Positions 14,095-27,455 of a DNA stretch of 64,000 bases are shown piece after piece. The notes beneath the pieces were generated by a model. The model had not been told where the DNA came from. It did not search any database and was given only the letters and a program-made list of their open reading frames with translations. This DNA is from Trichoplax adhaerens (taxonomy: Eukaryota; Animalia; Placozoa): NCBI RefSeq assembly GCF_000150275.1, contig NW_002060945.1:3371172-3435171 (forward strand), given 5' to 3'. How positions within the stretch are numbered: position 1 is the stretch's first letter; each line of letters starts with the position of its first letter. The translations under genes and the position numbers were made by a program.

Positions 14095-15859
14095 ATGGCA
14101 CTACGATCGATTGCTTTTTGTGGCCCTTCTGGAAGCGGAAAAAGTACCTTAATTAAGATGCTACTCAAAGACTATCCTTATTATTTCGGCTTAAGCATAT
14201 CACGTAAGTTAAATCGTAAACGATATGTAAATGGATAATATCAAATAGATCAATACATTGTTGCTGTTAAATTTATAATATACATGCCATAATTAAATAA
14301 GTTAATATTATTAATATACTTGCAACACTAAAACTGATCTAACGCTAACTAATCTAATTCTACATTACACAATACAAAATTTAAATACTATTCGACATAA
14401 TCATAATATGGAAATGGTGTTGTAGCATGTCGATAATTAGTAGTACTTGATAGCAATTAATGATCGCAACAACCTTACGGAGTCATACTGAAGATAAAAA
14501 TATATGCTTGTATATACACACCAGTATAACTAAAACATGGATGACTATATGAATATAACTACAGTCTCAAGCAGACACCCATTAAAATATTCTTACCTTA
14601 TTTATGGAATATAGATACTACGCGTAAACCTCGACAAGGCGAGCAAAACGGCAGGGGTAAATAGTCATACAATATAATGGAATATTATCTTAATTGATGA
14701 TTGTATTGATATTTGAATAAAGGTTTAAGTGTCAACTTTGCATATCGTCATGGTAGAATATTATTTTACCCAACGTGATGAAATGACTAGACGTATTAAA
14801 AATGGAGAATTTATTGAGAGTGCAGAATATTCGGGCAATCTGTATGGTACAAGGTAATCAATAAATTTCGGTAACAAACTCTATAAAATATCTTCTAATA
14901 ATATCTCCAGTCGCTAACAAACCAAATAATTTTCCTAATTCCATCATTACAATCACATCTGCTACAGCAAAAAAGCTGTCCAAGATGTAACCAATAGTGG
15001 AAAAGTGTGTCTATTGGATATCGATGTCCAGGTATTAAATTAAATCTATCATCACTGTTATAAAGTTTACAATTTTATACATCTACCAATTAGACAATAG
15101 AAGCTGTACATAGTACTACCATATCCAAGTATCATAACAGGCGCTATCAACGGATTGCCATTCTTATCATGGATCTGCTCTTAATTTTAATAGGGAATAA
15201 AAATACTTAAAAAAACCGATCTACCAGTAACTTATATATTCATTAAGTCACCAAATCAGGCAGAATTGGTAATCATTCATAATTAGTTTCAGTTTTTATC
15301 TTATATTAATTATAAAATAGACAACTTAAGCTCTTTTACAGGTTTGATTTTTGGGGATTACGTAGGATATTGTAATTTTTAATCACTATAAAAATTGAAT
15401 CATATAATAGGAGAAACGACTTAGAAATCGTGCGACAGAAACTGAGGAAAGTCTACAGAAGCGATTAAAAACTGCAATTATTGAAATGGAATTTGGTATG
15501 TTCCATATAATCCTTTACTTTCAGTTTTGGCTTTTGCTGTTAATTAACATTTCCAACCCATTATTACTTATTTTTATAAAGGAGAATCACCAGGAGTCTT
15601 TGATCATATTATCATTAATGATCACTTGCCAGATGCTTATAGTAACCTTAAAGCAGCAATTACGACGGTACTATAGCGCTTTTAAGTTCTAATGACTATT
15701 GCCACTGAATGTAGCTATCAACATTTCCTTCACTATAATTATGTCGATTTCAGTAGTACCCGATATTTACTTTGCGTTTGGCAAATTTTCTATCTTATAT
15801 AGGAAATAGAAGCAGCTAAGAGGTTTCACGAAGAAAATGGAAATTCAACGAAATTTTAA
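14095..15859 (+). CDS. GUK1: Guanylate kinase (8 exons)
   Basis: Exons 14095-14203, 14615-14656, 14757-14853, 14968-15031, 15194-15268, 15411-15495, 15582-15667, 15803-15859, all GT-AG and phase-consistent. P-loop [82 protein letters not shown]. Confidence 0.96.
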
Positions 15860-17348
15860 ACAAGTGTGATCAAAAATTCGTATCTAGAGTTATATTCCTT
15901 AGCGATGATCATCAGAGTACCCATATTTCATCCGTAGCTCATAACTACTCAGAACTGGTGTTTGAAACTTTTTTGCGCATTTATTTTTATTATTTTAAGT
16001 AGATAATTATCCATTAGATGCTACTCAAATTCGATAAATATTACTATTATCATGGAAGTTTGTCTTTACATGCATATCTTTGATACTTCACATAAACCAA
16101 CTCTGTAGCGTATTTCATTTTCTGCGTTCCGATAAATATAATCAAGTACGGGTATATTTAAACCATTTCTGTAAATTTACTTGCGAAACCTCATGTTGAA
16201 AACGATAAACCGATGAATAAATAGCACTGTTTGAAAATTATCTATTAACATAGTGGATAGTTGCAAACTTATCACTACTGTTTTATTGAACAGATGATAA
16301 CGGTAGTGTACTGGAAATGAATTTTTGCCCGGTACGTAGGCTTGATTACTGGACATAAATGTATTTAATTAAGTTAATTAATATCTATCTACGATAAGGT
16401 CATTATTATTCATAAACTTTACACTTTCTACTAATATTATCCCGAAAATTAGTATTCTTCAGAATGAAACTATCTCGTTATATTAGACAGTTACTGCGAT
16501 TAGCAATTCAGAAGGCAAATGTTCCTAATTAGTTAAGCATAGCAAATTAACGATGTATACCGATTTGGTGTCCTACATAACAATGATCTAGCTATAAACT
16601 GCAATAAATTGTAACCTCTTTACGAAAATTATGGAAGGTCTATCTTTAAGAAACGTTTATTTCATACCGTATATCACCGATAGCTTCATAGCTTCGGATT
16701 GTACGGATATACAAGTAATTCTATTATACTAATTGGTTCGTAAATAATAAAAATAATTAATTACCTAAGTTGGACATGATGATACTAACAGTAAAATAAA
16801 AAAAGCTAGAAATTGCCTCTAATGTACTTATTAGTTTTTGGTTTTGCTTCATAAGAATATTCATTAACAGAAATGCAATTCGTATCACAAGATCGTTCAA
16901 ATGACTTCAGTAGGAAGTAGTAAAAATTATAGGTTCGCTTATAGACTTATTATTTACACCTCAAATGAGCCACAATCAAGTAGTTATCAGTTACATAATT
17001 ATATGACAGTATAATGGCATACAGTATTATACAATTGGCTATCAATACTTATTAATTAATATGTATGCTATTAACACTGTGGAAATAGCAAAAATTTCTG
17101 GTAAGAATGAATCTGAAATTTATATTCAATCCAACATTTAACTTGAAAAACTTACTACAAGTTATACCTACCAATAGTTGATGCAATACTATAATCTTGC
17201 TATCATATTGCGCAATTATCCAATGTAGCTATTATTATATAATTATCGATAAATTCTTGCAAGGAATAACCATCAGTCTAAATTTATAAACCATCGATGA
17301 TTATTACCAATTTAATTTGCTGAAAAAAGTGAAAGAACCATAACTTTA

Positions 17349-20300
17349 CTATTCTGTGAACTTTTCTTCTGGAATATCATCTCCTGCAGTATCTTCAATT
17401 TTATCATCATCTGTTTTATCTGCCTGCGGGGGCTCAGCAGAAGCATCTTCTGCTGCATTTTGATCACCATCCAGCTGGGAGTTTTCCACTGGCTGTTCTT
17501 CATCAGGAGGTGAATTTTCCGCTTCCGCTGTTCTATCGTCGTCACCAGTAACTGAAGCTACTGGTTCAGTATCTGCTTCTGCCCCTTTCTCCTCAGCATT
17601 TACAGAGATGTTATCTTGTTTTTGACTTGCAGCTTCCGAAGCTTCATCTTGTTGTTCATCTCTAACTGATTTATTATCTTCAGTATTATCAACTTCTTCT
17701 TGCTCCTCATTATTAACTGCATCTGCATCTACAATAATAATAGCGCTAATTAAATTAGTAATAGCTTCAAATAACTTACAATTTTGATAGAACCAACACA
17801 ATATAATCATATACATATTTTAAGTCTATCAGCTTTACCATTTGTCTGAGCCTCTTCTGAATTTTGTTCACTATCTTGATCATTTGTACTCTTATTATCG
17901 TCTACTTCAGGATGTGCACTCTCTGAACGATCACTCTGATGCAAACTAGTGGTATCGCCATCTTCTTTAGTGCTCGCATTTTCAGCTTGATTACCCTCCT
18001 GATATATTATAATAAGCATTTCATGATCAAACTTAAAAAGAAGTAAAGCATTTTACTTATAAACAAAAGTATTGGTAAAATATCTGTTCCGCGCTCTTGA
18101 CTCAGAATTTCTTTTAAATTTCTAACGGTAATTTTCATCATGTGCATATTTCGTCAATATTAAACTTAGACTCACGTCTTCAACCGGTACTTCATCATGT
18201 TGCTCTTCTTCAACAAAATCAGCATCTTTCCCAGCTTCATCTTCCAGTTCACCATCTTCAGGTACATTTTCTTCATTTGTTGTATCTCCATTAATCGGCT
18301 TACCATCATCCGTTTGATCTACTGCTTGTTCCTCAAAGTCATCACCGTAAGCTTCTTCTTCATTCCCCTCATCACCAACTAAATCACAGATAAATTACAA
18401 GAAAACGATATAGATTATCAGTAGATGTTTAAAACTCTTCAAAAATCGATATTGAAGGCGATAGCAATAAACCTATTATCCTTTATAACAACTAAACATT
18501 TACCTTTCAAAGCCTTTGTGGCTGAACTTCCGAAGACGACACCAAGTTTATCTACTGCTTCTTCATAACTCGTACTTCCATGCAATGCATTAGATACAAT
18601 ATTGGATCCAAACATAGCTCGAAGTCTAAGATGATTAACGAAATGAATCATTTAGTAAACGAAATTATAAAGATATTTGTAAAATAAAATGATTATAGTT
18701 TTTTAAGATATAATTTATCAACGTATGAACGTACGAGGTGGGATCCTTTTGCTTAGCAACATCAGGATCATTACAGCCGATCATCTTTCTAAAACCTGAA
18801 ACGGCTTCTTCTTTCTCCAAAATCATAAATAGGGATGGTCCACTAATATAATAAATATACAAGTAAAGCAATATTTAATAAAACAGAATAAAATAAAGTA
18901 AGCTGGCTAATATACCTAATCAATTTCATGTTAAATAACGCATTATTGTGATACTGTAATTAATTAAATAAAAATTAGACTAATAATTCAATTATAGCTG
19001 CAATTTGGTTTACCTGCTCAAAAGGGAAGTCAAGCTGTCAAAGAAATCCTTTCCTTCATGTTCTTTATAAAACTTAGAAGCTAGTTCCTTGGTTAATACA
19101 GTTTCCTCTTGCATTGCAATATTAAATCCAGCATTTTCAATTTCTTGGATAATTTTTTCTATGTACGTGAAATTAAGGAAAAATATTAAGATGAGATGAA
19201 TTCAGCTATAGCTCTAGTTAATTCCAATAAGAAATCTACATTTCGAGTAGTGATACTTGGGTAAATTTACCTTTATTCTCCATTCCATCAGGCTTAATCA
19301 CAGCTAAAGTTTTCTCAAGAGTCTTCTTCCGCTCTGGGAAAAAGAATTCCAATTCTTTTTCCGCGGATTCATGATTTTCACTACCATGAACTACATTAAC
19401 ATCATCCGAGCTATAACGAGCTCGCAAACTAAAAAATTCAACACAGAACTAACATCAGCTCTCTTATATCGCGAAAGGTATTATAGTGAAGGTTTGCGTT
19501 TGTAAACATATCATACCTCGATGGTGCTAGCTCTTTGGCAAGGTTAACATCGGGTGGTCCAATCATATCTCTCCAAGCATCAACACTATCTTGTTTTGCT
19601 AATGCCAAGGCAACTAATGGACCACTAATATCGAGTAAAAGTTAGCATTAACTATAGTATCAAAATATATAGTACATCTAGAATGTTGCTTTAAACACAT
19701 TGATCGCTTAATTCTGTTACACTGAGACCACAGATCAAAATTAGCGTGATAAAAGTATAAGTATGTACGGTACATTAGGATGAAAATGATAGTCAATGTT
19801 ACTATCGAGAATTCCAATTCATAAATTGCTTTAACTAACCTAGTCATTCGTGTAATTAATTTCTCAAAGTAATCCTTCGATTTATGCTCTCTATAAAACT
19901 CCTCAGCTTCTTCTCTCGTTAACTGTATTTCTTTTTGAATAGCAATAGTAAATCCAGCATCTTCAATCGCTCCTATAATTCTCTCTGAAAGATATTTCAA
20001 AAATTTTGGTACACAATGTAAAAATTGCATTTATTATACGCATTACAGATTGTAATTAAGAATAAATCCATGAATTTATTATAAATAATGGAGTGTAATG
20101 AAATACATACGTTTGCTTTCGGAGTCAGTTTCGGGTCTAATTAGAGCAAGAGTTCTTTGCAGCCTCGATGGAGGCCTTTCCTCAGTTTGAGGACGAGAAC
20201 GAATGACTTTAGGTACAGAAAAGTCTGGGAAGAAAAAGGCTAGTTCCCTATTATATTAAAAAATTTAGGAGAAATTGCTTACAACTTCTGGTAGGATGTT

Positions 20301-22732
20301 GTCATGTATATATCAAAGTAGCTAATTTACCTAGCAGCATTATCTAGTGAATCACTGCCATGGAGACCATTCAACCTTGCATCCGTACCATATAAAGATC
20401 GCCAAGCCTCTGGATATTGCTCCTTTTCTTCAGCTGCTTCTGGAGGCCCAATAATTTCTTTCCACTCATTAATAATACCATCACCAACTCCGTCCTTGCT
20501 TAATATTAGTACACAACATGGGCCGCTGCAATAGAAATTTTGATGAGTTCAGGCAAGGTTAATAGGTAACTATTGATACATTTTACTTATCCATTAACTG
20601 AATAACTAGCCTAGGTAGTTTTAAAACTATTATAATATAAGTATGATTAAAATATATATAATACCTAGTCATATAATCGATTAGCTGCTCATAATAGTCC
20701 TGTAGATATTAAGAAAGGACATTTTTATTTTTAGTCTTACTTAATTATCATACTAGTATAGAAAGGACTTATGCATGATTTCGTTTATTTAACTTAGCAA
20801 TGATATCTTACAGTGTCTTGGTGTTCCTTGTAAAGTTCAGTAGCTTCATCCGTAGTTAATATTCTTATTTCTTGTTTCAAGATCATGATTCCAGCTTCTG
20901 TTAACTAAATGGATTACCGTAATGTAAGATTTTCCTTCCGAAAAGACAAAGGGAGCTAAAAAACTATTTCTATAATAATCGTACGTTATCTATTATTTCT
21001 TCCATTTTTCCTTCCTGTACGGCATCTGGTTTTATAATAGCGATGGTAACCTCCTTCGGTACCTCTATAATAGTTTAAAATTAGCAATATCAAATTAATA
21101 CCCTCAAAATTTTAGTACTCGTACATTGCCAGTAGTTTATAACTGCTAAAGCCCAAACGTTGATAGTTTAAAACTAAGAAATTTAGCTTACTTCGTTTTT
21201 CTAGTTCTATCTCGTATTGTTTACGTTCTTCTTCTGCACGTCTTTCTTCTTCAACTCGTTGTATTTCCAAGTCAATAATCTGATTAAGTCATAAAAAAAA
21301 GTAGCACACGTTAAGGTAAAGATGATAAAATTTCTTAAATTGAAAATAGGGGATCTTTACAAAACATTTAGTGTTGCTTCTCACCTCAATTCTATGTATG
21401 CCATAACGATGAACTTGATGTTCTTTATCTAGCTGCTCATGAATTTGTCGAACAAGCAATGGTACATTAGCTCCTCTTACTATACTAACGAGAGTTTCAC
21501 CCTGGAGGGAATATTAAGATTGAATATTTTCGTTAATAAGAATAATGCTAGTGCTAACAAACTCAAATTATGAAATTATTGACAATTTTAATAACGATAC
21601 CCCATAAAAGAGAAAGGTTGGCTGAGATTTATTTCTATAAGCTGATAACTGATCAATGTTGTCAGATTCGGCCTATGAATAATACCATTAATAATATTAT
21701 TAATACCCCATTTAGAAACTGAAGATATAAAGTATTAGCATTAATGCTATAATTGGTTTAACATTTTTACTTAGCAATACTTACCACAGCAAATTGTAAA
21801 AAATCATCGCCAATTTCATTACGTACTTTTCTCAGAGTAGATGCTATGCTTTTACATGGTCCACACCAAGCAGAATAAACATCTACAACTGTAGTAGATT
21901 AAAAGGATAAACTATGATATGAAGCCGTGCTATCCTACGCCTTACAGTATATAGTTTATGCATGAAACATCGTTTGTCCAGATAATTTTACGGAATAAAA
22001 CATGTACTCCTATACAAATAACAAATCACTAACCTTTCAATCCTTCAGTAGAAAGTAATTCTTCCCACTGCGCGTTTGTTTGAACAACCGTCTACAAAAT
22101 TAAATGGTCAAGTTTGGATGAGCGGGTGATACAAGGCATAAGTTAAATAAAAGTAAACAGTTATATGTGGAACAAGCCCCAAAAACAGGTAATCAAGTAA
22201 AACCAATATATTAGGTGAAGCTTTATCGCTAAACTAATTAGGAAACAGCAGACAGTTTGCGTTTTATTAGGAATGGCAAGAGTGATATAATATCAATATT
22301 CGTATGGTAGTGAAGGCGTGTGATAGTGTTAACTAACAGTAGATACCATATGACTCATTTTAGGAGTACTGCATAACACATCCCATTTTCTTAATAATAC
22401 TATCTGGTATATCAATACTTAAGTCAAAATTAATGCCAGTTACTGGCATAAACTCATTCGATCCTATTTATACAATAATGGCATCATTTAATTATCAACT
22501 TTCGAAGGAAAGAATAGCATCCTACTGGACGATGTATTTGAGCCCGTTACAACCCTCTTCTTCGATGAAATTATCCTCCGTTTATAACAGGCATACTTAT
22601 AAGTACGGTATATGAGGAAAAGATGATGAAATATACAATTTTTTATCATTATTAACGTGTTGGTAGCCTGTCTATGAAGGTAATAATTGAAAATTGTACC
22701 TGAAATTGGATATCGACTTTCTTCCTAGCCAT
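17349..22732 (-). CDS. NME8: Thioredoxin + three NDP-kinase domains + acidic tail (NME8/NME9, TXNDC3 family; outer-arm dynein IC1-like), 20 exons, ~845 aa
   Basis: Exons: 22732-22700 (MARKKVDIQFQ), 22091-22034, 21888-21785 (VVDVYSAWCGPCK), 21672-21601, 21501-21385, 21279-21192, 21064-20985, 20904-20812, 20699-20665, 20525-20331, 20247-20111, 19984-19840, 19624-19517, 19428-19271, 19158-19014, 18842-18735, ~18625-18504, ~18378-18176, ~17998-17839, ~17728-17349. Three NDPK units: IIKPD..NGLHGSD, LIRPE..NVVHGSE, VIKPD..NALHGST. The last three exons are D/E-rich. NME8 versus NME9 orthology cannot be resolved here. Confidence 0.92.
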
Positions 22733-22755
22733 TTTGTGGATAGTTAGCTTCGTTT

Positions 22756-22770
22756 GTTGCCGATAGCAAC
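22756..22770. promoter_or_regulatory. RFX-binding X-box upstream of the NME8-like ciliary gene
   Basis: GTTGCCGATAGCAAC fits the X-box consensus GTNRCC(N0-3)RGYAAC with perfect GTTGC/GCAAC half-sites and lies ~24 bp upstream of the ATG of a motile-cilium gene. Confidence 0.8.
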
Positions 22771-23328
22771 GGTGATGATGTTATAACGCATGGGCAATCG
22801 GTCAAAGCAACGTCTGGAAGACAGACGGACGTCAATTGACCGTTCACGTCCATTGCGTCTTCTAGTCATTTTACTTACACCTGTCGAAGGTTATAATCAT
22901 ATACTGTACTTTGAATTTAACTTTTTTTCATCTCTATGGCAAGAGATTCCTTATGTTTTCCCTTTCTTTTACCTCAATGGTACTACTAGGAACTACTAAA
23001 AGTATGCAACATGTATCCTTCCTTTTGTAAACTATACGAAGTTGAATGAAGTATTAAACATTGCTGTAGCAGGACTATTCAAAAAGAGTACTGTAATGAT
23101 TACAGATAATAATAGTGGGGATTGGGGGCCATTTGTTGTTGTTTTTTAAATCGGTATCCTAACTTCATGGCTCTTGGAAGAGTTTTTAAGCCATAAATAT
23201 AAACAGTATAACTAGGAATGTTCTGTGCTCGCCGTTGACTGTTGGCTTTTTACAGAAGAAGAACCAAAGTGCACCGAAACAAGTCAGACCACAGACCACT
23301 AGATGCCGCATAAAGTATCCAGTGGTCC

Positions 23329-23736
23329 ATGGTCAGGCTCGCTGGTAATCAATGTAAAAATACAAGCATTATATTGTATGATCATTCCATTCCGCACTCA
23401 GAGTCTCTACTCCACTCGAGTACTACATTGGATAGCATTTGGAAGAGTTCCCTAGGCACAGACTGTAAAAAGGATGCCAACATCTCGTGTTGGCCAACAT
23501 TGGCTTTTTGCATCAACAATAATAAGAAAACCGAAGCACATTTAAACAGTAACAGATTCAAGTCAGGCCCACTGGTAACCGAAAGACTTATTCCATCCTA
23601 CAGTCTACACGAGTTACGAGAACTTGCGATTAGGGCAGCGAAACTGTTGGAAGAACGAATAGTTGAGGAGTCTCTGGAGTGGTTATTCCATCGGAGACTC
23701 GAAGCTGTAGCTACACTACTGTACCTGTATAGTTAA
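23329..23736 (+). other. Candidate orphan ORF/exon (135 codons), divergent from NME8-like gene
   Basis: Open for 135 codons with GC higher than its flanks. Helical-looking C-terminal segment YSLHELRELAIRAAKLLEERIVEESLEWLFHRRLE. No recognised family and no convincing splice chain. Confidence 0.3.
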
Positions 23737-26700
23737 TACAGTATCTGCAGTTACGGCTATTATTGTAGTCACTGTAAACTATTTTTCTCTCGATAGCCTA
23801 TTTATATTGACTTTCGGACGAGTTGAGGAAGGATTCTACAAATCTACAACATACCAATACTATTAAAGTATCAATCCAGTCACTAAAAATTATCTTGCTT
23901 TCAGGTTATCAAGTAGGATATACATAGACGTACTTTGAAGATTTTTTAGTAACTCCGATGGAGGGATCTATTGGGATCTGTTGATCGACTTGTATTCATC
24001 AAATAACATAAGAAATGGACGTTAAAATGCTCTCCCATTGGGTTATTATAATTCATCTTGAAACAACGTTGTTCAAGCTTGATGGAAAGACTCCAAATTG
24101 CAACGCAGTGATGTTAGCGAAGAGTAACACTGAGGATACGTTAGTCCATGGATGTCAATCAGTACTTTGCATAATAATATTGCTCATGACCATTATGATT
24201 ATGGACTGTTTGGAAATGATGTGCAACATCTCTGTTTACTCCTTGTATAATATAAATATAATTATCATGATTGAAAAGAGCATTCCATAGATCCCATGAT
24301 ATAATAGTCGAGGAAGTAGGCAATAAGAATAAAAAGTAATATCTTCGTTTAATGAGAAAGCTTATCCCATATAGAAAAAGTGATCCAGATTATTGAAGAA
24401 TTCTTCCTCTATTCTAAAGTCTTGACATCATTATGCGAATACCTACTATAGAACAACTACGCAAATCGAGGCACTGCCTTCTGAACAGTGCATTCCTTTA
24501 TATCACTATGACCTCATCAATACAGGACCACAATAATTAGTGAAGTACTGTTATGGATATTTCTTCAAATTAAAGTCTGTTCTCGACTTAGTATATTTTC
24601 ACGTTGTAAATAACATCTTTATTTACTGCAACGATGCAAATCAAGACGCAGCTCTTAGATAAAAGGTAATCTTTTCTACAACTACAGATCTACCAATACA
24701 GGACCACAGTAATCCGTAAATATTAAGTATTGCTTCAAAATGAATTCTACTCTCGACTTAAAAATCTTCCTAGTGACAAGTGACATCTTGATCACTTTAT
24801 TCTTCACCAATACTATTTCTATTGAACAGACAGATTCACATATCAAGCCTTTAGGGCTGATGACGGGAAATATTGCGCTACTAGTTAACCAATCATTTCA
24901 TGCAGAATGATTAAATGCAGTCGATGGTACTTTGTTAACTAACAGTTTGTATTCTAATAATTTAATCAACGGAAATGACAATATATATAATTTAATCACC
25001 CTGAATGCAATGTACAGCGATTGGCCAAGGCCATGAAGACAAGATTTTAATATTATTTCATAACTCTATTTTAAGTTCCTTCATCAACATGTCATGTTGC
25101 ATAATGGAAGATGGTCTCTTGCCTTCTTTATTCGTTGTTATTTTGTGCATACGAGAACATACAGTAGAATAAAGCGGCGTTAATATTATTCTATCCAATA
25201 ATTTAAAACAATTCCGGTATGGTAAACAATGAACAAATGCCTAGGATCGAGTTTATAAGTCACACAACATAACTACAGATAGATAGCCGCCAAGCTAGAA
25301 ATAGTTACTACGAAATGATCAAAATATGCAATCATAATCATCGTTCTAGGACAAATATGCATCTATTAGCAAGACATACTACAAAGTCGCTAATGTCGTG
25401 AAAAATAGATTACATGTGCAGCCTAGTTTACATCGATTTTATCATAATGTAAAATACGATGACAAGCGTAAGACATAGTGAATTCATAAAATAAACATTC
25501 TGTTAAAACCTGCCAGCGTCAAGTTAACAGTATGCCATGGAGATCGATTCATAAAGTCAAATACGTGAATATTTTAAATGTGGCAAATATTTACCGACTG
25601 TTGTCTTACTGGAATTTTTATCACACCATCCATCGATATAATCATGACTAAAGTATAACTACTACTGTATGATTAGTACGATATTGAAAGGTAGCGGGAG
25701 TAAACAATTTGGCAATCCAATAGACGATGTCTTAAATGGTTTCCTTTATCTTGGTATTAAGCTGGCATGTTAAGCATTAACTGACTGAAATATTGTAGAT
25801 AAATCGCTTATAGATATTCATCATCGCTATCGTGTCTAGGAATAAAAGTATCGCAAATAGAAAAAATATTTTAACTATAGAACGATTTCACAGATGATCT
25901 TTAACGGTAAGCTTTTCCATTAACAAGCACAAAAGTGCAATAATTTCCATGACCGCCTTACAGGATAAAGAAATATTTTATTTCCGGTGCAACATATACA
26001 GTATCAGCAATGAGATAGTATAAAGCGAAAAAAAAATTGAATGGTATATCCATTCTAATATCGGCCATGTTATCGTAGCTTTAGCAAGAGCACCATCAAA
26101 ACTACAAGTTTGGAGTAAACAATTCGTTACACTAACAAATTCTTTGATGGAGAATTGATGCTCTTATACATAACATGTTGCACAATGAGCTCTTTCCTTT
26201 CGCTACCATATTGGAAAAATATTAAAAATAGGATTAAACATTCATCTCTCGCCAATGCTGATGTATCCAATAAATAATAAGTACGTTAGCGCTTATATAT
26301 TATATAGATAGATTTGAATCAAAATATTATAGAAGATAATCAATTCGACATTAGGTCAATAGGTTAAAGGATGACATTTTAGAAACGAATACATTTTCCT
26401 TGAATCAAATAACGTGTCAATACTACTATCAAAACGATTCTACACTGATGTGACATTAGAGTCACATAAAAAAATATGGCCAAACCACTTTAGCGATTCG
26501 ATGGGAAAGGACTAAAATTGCATCTAGAGATAATATTATTTTGGGGGAACTTATTAAGCATTCTAAAATGCATTCAAATTCATTAGCAGTAGAATAGTTT
26601 GTAAGTTTTCATTTTATAAAGTTATGAAAAAAATAGTGCCCACCAATGCAATTTCTTGTGCCGGAAAAAAAATTAATACAAGTTGTGATATGATTTTTCT

Positions 26701-27191
26701 TCCAAATAGATGCTTAATTTGACTTTAAAGATACTATGATATGGTAATATCTATACAATCGAGTTAGCAATCAATAAAGACTTGATAGATAGATAAGTTT
26801 TAGTGCAACAGCAATACACCATTTATGAAGCATTTGTAGTGATTATGGGAAATGAAGAGTATTTTCGTTTTAATAAGATATTATTTAAGCTAATCACACT
26901 ATCAAGAGTCTACCGTATAATTAGCCATAAATTAAAGAAAAGTGTACCATCCAAACATAATATGTTATTCAACTATTTCAAATTTTATAACTCAGGCATT
27001 ATTTTTTTAAGAGTAAAGCTACGTAACTATAGATAGTTATTGAAGAAGAATAGAATAGGAATTAAAATAAATGATGACATACTGTAGGAGGGGGCAAAGA
27101 ATGTTCATTCACCGGTTGAAATAGGATAAAAAAGTGCCGAATAATCCTAATCATCAGACTACTCACCCCTATGCTATGATTGACGTAAGAT

Positions 27192-27455
27192 TTATTTAGA
27201 ATCGGTAACTTTTAGATTAAGTTTTTCTGCGTTAACTTTAGCAGCTGCTGCTTGCACTTTAGAATAGTGAAATTCAGTGCAGCTATTATACATTCGATGC
27301 CTTTTTAATAGATGAGCTTTCCGTCGTTGAGTATCAGGTGAGAGTATTTTTTTACCAATCATATCCTCATCCGCATTTTGATTTTTTACCTTGGTTGGAA
27401 GATTCTTCAGATCTAAATCAGGACGAGTAATTCCATCCGTTTCAGTCATGATCAT
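27192..27455 (-). CDS. Candidate small orphan protein (87 aa) in a spliced minus-strand transcript
   Basis: The frame is open from an acceptor-like TTTTTGACTATACATAG (exon start ~27521) to TAA at 27192, with the first ATG at 27455. A short upstream cag|...AAG|gtagtt exon (~27689-27622) appears to carry stops in all frames, so it would be 5'UTR. No homology recognised. Confidence 0.4.
   Translation of the reverse strand: MIMTETDGITRPDLDLKNLPTKVKNQNADEDMIGKKILSPDTQRRKAHLLKRHRMYNSCTEFHYSKVQAAAAKVNAEKLNLKVTDSK

Noticed and set aside
24380-24800. Two to three degenerate ~170-bp direct repeats (AATACAGGACCACA; TTCTCGACTTA)
   Set aside because: Real but highly decayed local duplication with no further structure.
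24835-24880. Hammerhead-ribozyme-like core (ATC...CTGATGA-CGG-GAAATAT)
   Set aside because: No stem II is possible in 3 nt, stem I does not close at the core, and there is a single copy. The similar CTGATGAGTC at ~33468 is coding sequence (TDES).
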